Below are positions 25,781 through 38,000 of a DNA stretch of 64,000 nucleotides, piece after piece. The notes under the pieces are model-generated. The model saw only the letters and a program-made list of their open reading frames with translations. It was not told the DNA's origin and made no database searches. Position 1 is the stretch's first letter; each line of letters opens with the position of its first letter. The position numbers and the translations under genes are program-made. The DNA comes from Raillietiella orientalis (taxonomy: Eukaryota), in contig JAYWIR010000004.1 in NCBI GenBank assembly GCA_036172245.1, forward strand, positions 4,836,001 to 4,900,000, in the 5' to 3' direction.

Positions 25781-28049
25781 TCATTCTTGTGTGCATTCTT
25801 TGCTTAATTCCAGAGCTGGAAAATCGTTGTCTGACCCAAGTTCAAAAAGCACACCTTGTGTAGCATCTTTACTGGATTCCACAGCATCACTTTGAGACAC
25901 ATTTATAATACAAATGAAAATAAATGCGACTCTACCTAAGATAACCATGCAAAAAAGGGCACATGGCACCTTTGAAACAGGTACCCTCCTCCCAAAATCG
26001 ACAAGTGATGGCTGATAGATCGTGAGAAAAACGACAGTCAGCACGTCGGCAGTTCCCTTCTAGGAAATAGGAGCAAGGACGCTTGAGAGTACTCTGTCCT
26101 GGCCTATGAACACAGCAATGAAATACAAGTTTCTGGAGCAGAAACTGACTTCATGGCTGTCATGCAGCACAAAGATTGCATCCACATTTCTCCGAACTCA
26201 GGAGCAGGAGAAGTATCACATTTCAAAGGTTCCAAAGACTCTGTCTCTGGACTAATCAAAGGCAGAATCGTTGTCAACGATTGTTCCAGGGATCCGGATG
26301 CCTCTGGCTCTACACTTTCCACAAATGTTTCAGTAGCTGACCAAGAATTTTCTGATTTACAGGAATCTCCATGACTCCATGATGGATAGCTAGTTCAAAC
26401 AATGAGCTCACATCAAAAGAGTTCAACAGAACTAACAAATTGCTACCTGGAAGTGTCTAATTCTTCAGACAAAAGCCACTTCTTGTCTTCTTGTAACCAG
26501 CTTTTGTCCTTATTCCACACGTCCACGTCCTGAACTGCAGCATGCACTTCAGATTCATCTGTTTGACAGCACTTTTCCAAATCAGTTCGTACCCTAAATT
26601 TGGGAATAAATGAGCACTTGGGGCTAGGAATTCTTTGTGGCACAGACTGTTGTGAAACAAAAGGTAGATATTTCTGGGGAGATTTGCCATCTTCACACAG
26701 ACATAAACCTCCACTGTTACTACGGATATATGAGGGTGGATCTTGATCTCCACCAATCAACTCAGGGCCATGGTCAACAGAATTGGGTAAGAATAGTTCC
26801 TGACTCTCTTGCCGAATTGGCCGAAAATGAGTTCTGGGAGACATTAGAAGATTCTCTTCCTTGCCCACATTCTCCAAGGTAAGACCATTGCCACTTGCTG
26901 ATGGTGTCTCCAAAGAATTCTTTGAACGGTTTCCAGGCTTGACAACTTCAAAGCCACTTTGATCTTTGTGATGGTTAAACTGTTGCTGCTGACTAGATGT
27001 AGGAGGAGTACAAATAAAATGGAGAGATGACTTATATTCCAAAACCATTCCTGGTAAGGAAGAGGACCAAATACTTCCAGTACCAGTCTGTTCTGTTTCC
27101 CACAAAGATGCCACATGGGACGTAAACTTGGAGAGAAGTTCGGAATAATCGAGACTTTCTTGCTCTTGACTTGTCCAAGGAGGAGAACTGGAAGTTACGG
27201 TATAGCTAAGTGGATCAATTTGACGCAGAAGAACCATCAGATCTTCTTCATCATCATGCACATTTCCTGTGAGAAGAGTTTCCTCAGAAAATGCGGAAAC
27301 ACATGAATGTGATGGAATTCTCATTTCATCTTGTTGGTTACTCTGAGCATGAAGGTTAGGTCCATGTCGATCTGTATGCACAAGCATCCTATCAGAATGC
27401 ACAGAAGGGAAAGCTAAATAGCATCTAGCAAGCAGTGGATTTTGAGCTCATACAGAATTACATACCCTGGAGCTTGATCTTCAAATGAAAATTCTAGTTC
27501 TTCTTCAGAAGAGATTACATGTGGCCCAATGTTTTCCTGTAGACTCTGGCATGTATGTATGGAGACCACATGGTGTTCATGGGGATCATCAGATGGAGAT
27601 GTACTTTCTGACTGAGATCTTTTCAAACGATCACATAACTCATCCACCAGACTCTCAATGCCAGATGTCTGCATATATATCAGTAACGCTTCTCACACCT
27701 ATTTCCTGTACCTGCTCACATGCAGCCCTCAGACACTCCACAGCAGCACTTTTTTTTAATTGTTCAAAGTTAATTTCTATACCATGGTGATCTTGAAAAA
27801 TTCCGCCTCTCTAAAATTAATTTTTTTAATTTTTTTTTCTCCTCAACTAAAACAGAAAGATACCTTTCTGTTAGATGGATTCAGTTTCCAGAAATCTTCC
27901 AGATTCTCAGTGAGATCAAGCACATCCTGCAGTAGCAAAGACAAGATATAACGGCTGTAAATCACAGCATCTACACCGAGTGATTCCAGCTCAGCTTTGA
28001 GCCAGGTTTGGACATTCTGAGGCATAGGGAGTGTGTGAGAAAGCCTCAT
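25781..28049 (-). CDS. KIAA0232: KIAA0232-like protein with C-terminal tandem CCCH zinc fingers (about 660 aa). Exons 28049-27864, 27810-27712, 27668-27466, 27424-26447, 26389-26150, 26103-25936, 25889-25781.
   Basis: The N-terminus VQTWLKAELESLGVDAVIYSRYILSLLLQD...EQLKKSAAVECLRAACEQTSGIESLVDELCDRLK matches the conserved KIAA0232 N-terminal block as I recall it. All six introns are GT-AG, 41-57 nt long and phase-consistent. Exon 26103-25936 encodes CSYFLEGNCRRADCRFSH...CRFWEEGTCFKGAMCPFLH. The start codon is uncertain. Confidence 0.85.
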
Positions 28050-31000
28050 CCTGTCTGAATCATTGCAGCTAGCCCAGTGTTGCAGCTCATCACAGCTCAC
28101 CTAACACTGAGATGCACAACACTGCCCTTTTCCCATTGCATGAGGCTAACAATCAAGGCAAAGATGGCAAATATTCGGGGTACACAACTTCATCTTAGTA
28201 ATTTGACAATATATTCCCCTATCATGCCTTTTCCTTCCCTAGTCTCTATTGTATAAAATTGCACAAAAAGTGTCAATTAGCACCAACAAATAGTCTTGCT
28301 TTTAGTTGCATGTAAACTGTTTATTGCACCATATCAAAACGCAAAAGCACTTCTACATTTTCTTACTTCAGAGCTTGCATCACATACAGAGAAAACATGA
28401 ACAGCACATACTGAATAGAATGAAATAATTTATGCAAAATTACATTATATCAATCCAATTTTCTATAGCTTGATTTTCACTTCAGAGAACTGTTCTGGAA
28501 ATAAAACAACGTTTATGTCAATACTATGTAAGATCCATGATTTCCATTATTTACAAACATCAGATTAATGAAAATGAGCTCCCATCTTTGAACAAAACAA
28601 AGACAATAACAAAGAAAGTTTTTGCCCCATAGTTAGAAAACTCTTGAATTTAAGATATACGCAATTTCTTTGGTGAAAATTTTTGTGATTCTTCCCTTGA
28701 GAAAAGTAAAAATCATTGGACACAAGAAAACATCTATTCTCATCGGAATGTACAAAACTATTCAACAAGTTAACGCATCAACATAAAAAAATACATCTTT
28801 ATTTTGTCATGTTGATTGCTTTATTAACAAGTGCAATATATTTTCACAACTACCACCAATTGATAGAACTCTGCATTGCAATCAAATTTAAATGGGCTCA
28901 GAAATCTAAGTTACCCTCGATGTTACAATGAAAAAACGAAAAATTTTGCAAAACAGTACTGTATTGCAAAAGTGAACAAAAAAAGGGATGAAATCTTCTC
29001 AAAGGATATTTCCACAAATAACAATTTGAAGCAATTTGTTACTTTTTCTGAAAAAAAAATTTCACAGTTCAAAGGACTTAAAAATCACAACAATGTGCTG
29101 GCAATTCGGTAAGCATTCGGTACATACGGTACATATGAACGGAATATATGGGAAATTAGATCCACGATTCTTTTATAAATGAAAAGTAGCAATCCATTCT
29201 GGAAACATAAAAAGTAACACACTGAAGAGAAGAACAATAAAAGGATGCTCTCATCTAAGAAGTATGTATCACATTTAGGGAGAAACACACGTTAAGAATG
29301 TATCAAAAATCAAATTATATTGCCGATTTGAAAGGAAAAGATGGAGTTTGCAAATATACGATACCCTTTATTGGGGCACTTACAAAGTTACAGCAGTGAG
29401 AATGGTTGCAGCTACAAGTATTAACAAGTATTATATGTTAACAAGTATGTTAGAAACTGCATAAAGTATAACTTGAAAATGAAAACATAAACATATTACA
29501 GAAAGCTTCATCAGTGATAACTGATTTTCTTCCCTGATTTGTTTTCCAAACTAATTTTCCAGTATTACAAGGTTCATTTTAATTTAGAGTACGCATCCTA
29601 TGGCAATGAAACTACAATCGAAAGTTCACACTAAGATAAGGATAAAATCTGAACCATAGGAAGAAGCAATAATTACAGATCATTTAAAAATAAAATAAAA
29701 ACCAAAGTGCTACAACACTGGCTTCAGTTTTTATTTTCAGTTCATGGATTCAAATTTTAATGCATTCAAAATGCTGGTCTACATGAAAGTGTCTATATTT
29801 CTTAATCTAATAAACCTTCACAAGCACAGAAAAATAAAGTCCCTGTGAGGATTACTTGCTTAATGTTTTTCCCATTATTTACTTAGCATGAAGATTTCAA
29901 GGTTTCAAAAATTTACCCCATCCGCTGTGAAACTATCGAACTTCAAAGATGTCTTGGATTATGAACAAAACTCAGAAAGCTGATACAGAATTAATTACAA
30001 AACTCATTTAAAAGAATTGTTTGGTTTACAATCGCTTTAAATTACGCCTGCGCTTAAAACTATTTACGGATTGCCAGTATACCAAAAATTGTCAACAATG
30101 ATAAAAAAAATTTTCAAAGTAGCAATTAAAAAGTGTTTGTTTCCTTTTTCCTATCTACAAAATGAAAAAAAAGATTTTTGAAAGACAACTAATGTGTTTT
30201 AACTAATAAAAATACTCTGAAACTATATCAGCTGCCATTCCGATATTGTCATTCCGACTCTACCTCTGGTTTTTGTAGGATAGAAAAACTCCGAACCTGT
30301 TATCGTATGTAGATAGAAATTTATAGATTAAAAGTTTACAAACTTATTTATTCGTATTCTATCTTCGTATTTTATGATAGACAGGTTGGAAGATCATTCT
30401 ATGAACTCATATTATTCTGTATTTAGAGAATAATTGAAATAATGACATATCAACCGAAAAAAATTCTTTGTTATTGTCGTACTCTGCGTACGTTCCCATA
30501 AGCACATGCGAGTGAAAAGTGTGATGTGTAAGTAAGAAAACAAATGAAATAAATTAGGAATATCGGAAATTTCCCAGCTCGTTTAAATCAATACGACGAT
30601 GCAATATCAAGCTTTGACACAAATACTGAGCATTATGATTCATTACCTTTGAAAAAATCTGTGGATTCTAAACACTGTTTCAAGGAAAAATACAATGTAT
30701 TGGGGAGACATAAATCAAATTTCGACATTTGCACTGACCGAATTTAGTTTTGCTAGCATAGCTGTGAGCTATGATTTCCTAATTAATGATGCATGTCAGC
30801 ATCCTTAAGTTTGTTTTGAAGAAAATGATTTTTCAATCCATCTATTAGTTTATGATTAAATTGTCAACAGGATATTCGTGATTTCTTACTGTTTCTTTAT
30901 TAAATTTTTCATTTTGATAGTTCTCTTGTTAGAGATGAACTCTGTACCGTATTCGGCTTCGAAAATTATTTTTGACCACGCTCATCGGCCACTTGAATCT

Positions 31001-34000
31001 GAACCTTCGACAAAATTAAATTGCGATTGTGATTCCAATCTTCACTTTCTAATAAATTATTTGCTTTTTTTGAACGCATGGATTACACTTCTTTATTTAA
31101 ATCAGCATTCATAATGTTGTGCTTTTCTGAATAGTCTTTCGAAATGAAATTAAAAAAAAAAAAAAATCTCTTGTTTACCACTATTTGCTTCGTTTGCTTC
31201 TTCAGCGTGTTTTTTTTTTTTTTTTCTGCGATTACGTCCAAAATTTCCTACTCCCAATTTCCTCACGTGATAGTTCAAAAGACATTCTTTGAAAACTCAT
31301 CTAAAATGGAGTTTATCACAGAGAATGATCAGTTCAAATGAAATTGTTCGTGTTCGTAGCTGATACATCACAATGCAAAATTTATGTCAATACATTAGCA
31401 GTCCTTGTTTCACTGAAAATTCAAATTGCTTGGGGATTAAAACTGGGAAGGAAAAAATCGTTGCATAATTCGAAGCAGGGTACTTTTCTCCTCTTTTATA
31501 AAAGATTTTATCTGGGATAAGTTAGTTCTCTTGTTTGTTCCTGAAGGTGACAGACATATCATCATCGGTCCCCACTTGTCGGAGACTGAATTTTTGGGTA
31601 GCAGCACATGGATTTCTCTGTTGAAATTTTTGGCTTTTGTTTCTCATTGATGTACACTCATATGTATCTATGTGTGTATGAAATGCTACGTGTGTTACGT
31701 ACTGCATGCTGCATCCCACACGTTACCTTGCATATTCGACATAACTTCCTATCCCGTGTTTTCATTCGTGTACTGTTTTTAACAGGAATAAATGAGGGAC
31801 AGAGGCTATTATTGTTATGATTATGATATTTTTATTGTTATTAACATTAGTTAGGATATTTTTTCATGATTTCATGTGAAATTTCAATTCCTTCTCGGTT
31901 TTAGAATCGAGAAATCATGCATTGAATTTTCGCTCGTAATCATTTGCTTATCATCTGAACGATATGGTGGAACTTTGTGACTTCTGAGAGTGGAAACCTA
32001 GTATTATGTTTTCGAAAAATGAAAGGAAAACGAAAACGACATCATCCAACATGTAGATTTCGTTCACTTCGGAAGGTTGCTTTCAATTTTTAAGGGAACA
32101 GCTGTCAATTTTTCTGAATGCCGCTTAGTTTTCGGGAAACACCTTCCTAATTCTTAATTTCTTCTTAATATGCGAGCTGTCGCCTCAGAGTGCATTTCTC
32201 GTGAATGGTGTGCATCACTTACTGAAGTTTTTGTACACAAGACCATTATCCCCTGCACGCAAATCTCGAGAGCATTTTATACACTTTTATTGCAATAACT
32301 GTCTGATTCTGTGTCTTCCATCCTCTACAGCTCACTATTAATTCGCGTGGTTCTGAAAAGAACTTCACAATCATTCTTATAAATAAATTGATTTATATTG
32401 ATGAATACATTTTCATTAATTTACTTTATTGCTGTTTCATCTCGTACAGTAAGAACCAGTGTGAAAGACCAAAACTGAAAGATGCGAATGGAGGAAAAAA
32501 TGATTCCCCGCATCATGAAATGGCGCACAGTTCACTCGGCACGGTTAATGACTACAAATTCGAAACATTTGCGAAAACAGCCCGGAAGCTCGTTCTTACA
32601 GATTTCTACACTAGGTCTTTGTATTCCGTTTTTTTTCCTTCTTTTTTTTTTTTTAGAAAAAAAAGGTTTCCCGATTTCCGAAGCTTACCTCGCATTTTTT
32701 TTCAAATACAAAAGTGGCGTAGTAAATTTTCAGTTGTGCTTGTTGGTCCCTTCTCAGGGTTGTCTTCAGAATCACAAACTTTTTTCATTCCTTACAGTAA
32801 TTTGTCTCGGATGCGTGCGGTTATACTGAAGAGAGCAGTATTTTTGCTGTCGGCAGCATTGCAGGAGAATTCAGGCCAAATAACTTGACTCGCGCTCTTC
32901 AAATCACAAGGATTCGTACTTTCTTGCTTCCTCCTTGATATGGTCATGAGACGTGTCACCAGAAAACAGGGTCCCTGGAACTCTTGAAGCATCTCTCTCT
33001 CTCTTTTTTTTTTTTTTCCAGCGATGATGAATATGAGAGTGTTTTGGTTTTACTGGAAATCACTCAGTTGTTGTTGTTGCTTAGGATTTTTTTCTTTTCT
33101 GGGATGCCAAGCAAAGTAAATACATATTGTCGATCTCATCCTTCATAGAAATAACGCTTCAGTTCATCGATTCCATGGCAGACTCAACTGCTTGAGAGAG
33201 ATCACTGCCAAGCGTTATGTCTAGGCAATGATCGACAGCAAGATCATCCTCTGAAAATATGATCTTTCCCCCGGAACAAAAATGATGCTGAATCAGGAAG
33301 GAGGGAGGACCAGTTAATTAAAGGGGAACTCTATGGAGAATCAAGGTGAAAAGGGACGAAGCTTGAAGGGATGCGCACCAGCACTGGAAACGGGAAAGAG
33401 GAACAGGCACGTTTTCAGTAAATGAAAATGTCCAGTCATCAAGAAAATTATTCTAATGAATTACTCAATCACTTTCTTGACGAAAGAACTCGGCTCAGGT
33501 ACCGTGAGCGAGGTGCATTTTTTTTTTTTTTTCCCCCCCCCCTTCCTGAGAGTGCTGATCCTTCAGCTACAGAGTGAAGTTTTTTCAAAATCCCATGTGC
33601 ACGGCCTTTGAATCGCCGCGCGTGCATGTTCGGCTTCTACGGTTTTATGCAGTCCCACGAGCCACACTGTGTCTAACGCGGAGCAGGGCGTCCCCTCTCC
33701 ATCCGCCGCCGGGGAGGACGCCTCTTCCGCACCGGGATTCCTTGGAAATGGCCGCGAGCTGGAGGAATGCGACAGAGCAGCCGACAGATTTGAAAAGAGA
33801 GCGGAAACCGAGCTTAGTGCCTCGTGTCGCTCGAATAATATCGATCTCCCCCCCCCCCCGCGTGTCTTTTTCTGCCTCCTTCACTCCAGATGGGGCAGCA
33901 CGGCTGGCCTTCGCGAGCACGAGAATGTTCCATGGTCCCCGACAAGAGGGAAGGACCTCTTCCTCCGCGTCCGCCACTTCGCGCGATCGACGAGGGAACA

Positions 34001-35066
34001 CAGCCGTTTAAACCCACCGAACTCGTGGGAGATGATGCCACGAGCGTGGGGCGCGAGATCTGGAGGCCCCATCGCGATTTTGTGCGCCCATGTTGCTGTT
34101 TCTGGAAGGATAGAGGGGTGGAGGGAGGGGGGGGGGGAGAGAAAGAGGAGCCGTCGAATCGATTTTTCGATGACGCATGCGTTCCGGAGACGGTCCCGTT
34201 TGTTTCCGCACGAGAATCAGGAAGTGAACTCTTCTACAAGTGATTAACAAATGGATACCGGCCGCGAGTAAAAGGCATCGCCATGTTCCACAGGGTCACT
34301 TTCAGCGTGATCAAAGCTTCAGGTCAGAGATTTTTTTTTTCCTTGTTCGCGTTGTGCGGGGGGCGCTCCAAAGCCCTCCGCTAGCAGACTTGCGAAATGC
34401 CCCGCACTCGCGCTTTCGTGTGGCGGACCCGGCCGCCGTCGTGGGCCAGGAAGGACGGGGGCTTCTGGGCCGAGAAGCGAGGTCACCCGCGGGTGGGGGG
34501 AGCGGTTGTGGCAGAGCTCGACCATTTCGCACCAGCGCCGCTGCCACCAGAGCACTCCTCCTCCTCCTCCTCCCCCGTTCCTTGAGTGACGAGAAGACGA
34601 GTTCAAAGAAGCTCGGGAGGTGCCGACTCGTTCCGTGCGTCTCCGGCGTGCGCGCCGGAGGAGGCAGCTGGGCACGCGGCCGCTTCCATCCCGAGGAGCG
34701 GGCAGGCGGGAGGCGCGAAGCGGCCGCAGCATCGCACCTGGGTGCGCCCTGGCAGGGGCACGCGGACGCAGAGACCCCTTCGGTCTGCCCTGGGGATCAT
34801 CCCGTGCGCCCGATCGCCGCAGGCGACGAGAGTGAGATAAATTCCTTCCCTCGCTCCGTCCGTTACTCCTCGTTCCTCAAGGGCCGCCCCTGCATCCCTC
34901 CAAGCCCCTTTTCCTCGGGGAGGAGAGTTTCTCCCTCAGCGCGCTGGACGACCGTGAAGAGGCCATTTCCCCCTCCTCCTGCTTCACCCACCCCTTTCTT
35001 CGCAACGCGCGCCCGCGACCCGAGGACCCTATCTCCGAGGTCAGATGTTTCTTCTCGACGGCGCAG

Positions 35067-38000
35067 GGAGCGACGAAGGTCACCCCGCGTCCGACCTCCA
35101 CCACCACGGGCCGACTGTCGGTGGCTGGCGATCCGCCAAGGGCTGCGAGTACCCCCAGGAGATCGTTCTGAGGCTGGAGAAGAGGTGGTGCATCCGGAAG
35201 CTGCAATTTCTCCTGCACCAGTACCTGATGCGTACGTGGGGTGGGTTCGGGGCCGAGGGCAGGAGATCGGTCCTTGCAGCCGAGAGCGCCGAGATCCTGG
35301 TAGCCGGCGAGGACGTGAGGTCCGGAGACCTCGAGCAAGCGAGGTTCCTGTCCGTGGGCTTCGTGACCTTCTCGGACAACGCCAACAGCGAGTTCAGCGT
35401 CCGGGAGCTGCGGTCGGTGGACGTGGACGTGGAGGGAAGGCTGCTGAAGCTGCTGATCGGCAAGAACCACGAGAACGAGTGCAATCAGCACAACCAGGTG
35501 AGCGGGGGAAGCCACCGCCCCACCCTGCTAGGAGGGGGGGGGGGAGAGGGAATCAGGCCCGCGACCCCGACGAGGGGGGAAGGGGAGCATCTCCTTCCTG
35601 TCCTCGGGGAAGCCGGCAGCTACTCCCCCTTTCTCTCGGGATCCCCGGGAGGCAAGCGTGCTCTCGTCGCGCCACCGCCTACTCTTGCCAGGGCGGCGGC
35701 CCGCAGCGCTGCCGTCAGTAGGAGGAAGGGCAGGTGAGCGACCTGCCCTCGGGCAGAAGCGGGCAACCTCCCCTCCCACCGCGTCTCCTAGAGGCTCCTC
35801 TCCTTGCAGGTGTCCCTGATCGCCATCAACGTCATCGGGTTCGACCCCGCGGGGCGCCTGGCCGAGGTTTGCCGCAAGGTGGACGTAGGCGACCCGGAAG
35901 CGACCTCCCCGTACGACGACCTCGCCTTCGCCATGTATGTGGACGTCGAGGTCGCTCGAATCATCCGGCTGCTGGACGAGAAGAAGAAGGCGGCGGCAAG
36001 AGGTAAAGTCGTCGTCTCCTGGCAGCCCAGCTCGGAGGAAGAGGAGGGGAAAAGGAGGAGGAAGGCAGACCTCGGGAAGCTGCTGCCGCTCCTCCTCCTC
36101 CTCCCCCCTTTTCGTTGGGGCACTCGCCACCATTGACACCTACTAGCATTCGCTCGCCTCTCGGAGAGCGCCCCGCCAGAGGGCGCCTCGCTTGATCTCG
36201 AGAGAACGGAACGTCCGAACTGTCCCCATCCGTGATCGAGACGCGAGCGACAAGCCCTGGAGCTCCTTCCTTCGACCCGAGGGAGGAGAGCAGCAGGCGG
36301 AGTGGTTCAACCGTGGTCAACTCTGTGCCCTGGCGGCGCCGTCCGGACCCAGCGGCATCGCGGGGACTCTGTGCGAAAGGAGAGCCCCGCGGCAGGGTTG
36401 CGTCCTGCAGCGCCGCCCTCCCGCGTCGCGCTCCTCCTCCTTGCCTCCTTCCGCTGCCGGTCCCCGCAGGCCTCCTCCGGAGACGGGAGCGAGGAAACCG
36501 CCTCTGGGCATCCGAGAATCCAGAGGTTCCGGAGGGCACTCACCTCCCTCCGCGAAGTTTCTGTCGCCGTGCTCCCGTCCCGGGAAGAGCTGCAGGTCTC
36601 AGCGAGCATCCGCCTGATCTCGTCTCTCCGAGAATCTACCACTTTCGTCCTCGGATGCCCGAGGCAAGATGTCGCGACCGTGAGCGAATTTTTATCCTTG
36701 CGCTTCTGTGACCTTCATCGCTGCAATGCCAGCCCAATCACCAGCAGCGCGTGACCGAAGATGAAGGTTCCCGAGGGCTTACGGATGATCCAGAATCTCC
36801 ATGGAGACGGGTGGAATCTTATGTGCATACCGAGGGACGTGGAAAACGCACTGGCGTACGTTCCTTCAGCCGGACCTGAAGATCGGGTCCGTCCAGCCTT
36901 CTCTTCAGTGCTGTCCGCGCAAGGCGTCCCGCGTGGACTTCCCTCAAGGCGGGTGGAGCATGCGAGGTGGAGGAGCTGAGAAGCGGAGGGCTTGGGAACG
37001 GTCGGCGCCCGATCCCTACGGCATGCTTCAGGCACACCTCGGGGATGCGTCTCTGTAGCCCTAAGGAGGCAGGGGTCCTCTGCGCTCGCGCTGCAGCTCT
37101 CCCGGCCATCCTTCTGGGAAGGCAGCGCAGTGGATGCCCTTCTCCTGGCCTTGGTGCACGCCGCTCCCCCCAAGGCCGCCGGCCTGCAATGGACGGGCGC
37201 GCGCGCGCGCATCTGCGGATAGCAGCCTTCGACGGTCCCTCTACGTGTCCGTTCTCGTATCTTCTGCACCTCCTGCCATCAAGCGAACAGGTCACTCCTT
37301 GACATTCGCTGCCGCCTGTCCCCGAGACGTTCCTTCAGCGGGGGAAGCGTCCCGGAAACCTCCTCGGAAGGAGCCACTAAGACCTGAAAGGGCATGTGAT
37401 GCAACCGCGGTGCGATCCCTGGGTAGTGGTGACCCTGGAACGATGGGCCCTCCCCGGTCTTGATCGAAACCTTCGGTTCTAAGGGGCTCTTCCTGACCTG
37501 GAGATAAGCAAGTCTGCCTCCTTTTTTTCCGTCGTTCCTCTCGTCTTTCGTCCGTCTTCCCCTCCTGAGTGGGAGGCGAGGATGGGACACCACCACCATC
37601 CTCCTGCGCTCGCTCGAGCGTGCTTCTTCCCCGTTTCCTCATCCCACGGCCATTGCTCGTTTCTGTGGCGTGTTCGATGGTCCCGACACGCAATCATCCG
37701 ATGAAGCGAGGTGCATCGAGCCGCTCCGCCACCAAAAAGCTCATCTTCGGCAGGTGTTCCTTCACCAGCCTTCGGCGAAATTTCACGAGACCCTTTCGCG
37801 GGTCTTGGCCGCCGTCGGGGACGAGCGGGAGCGGCGATGGAGCTTTCGCCATGCCCGGAGCGAGGTCACAACATCTCCGCGCTCGTTCGAGACCGGCGGG
37901 GGCGACCTCCGCACGCAGAACAGCAGCCAGGCGCGTGTTCCGGAAGCGTCGAGCAAGCTGCCCCGAGTCAGGGTGCTTCCACGCGTCCGTAGAAGAAGGA

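Noticed and set aside
34397..34585. MPRTRAFV... as the CEP104 first exon
   Set aside because: It resembles the MP-x4-FV start, but no convincing phase-1 donor lies at the expected distance. Left unresolved.
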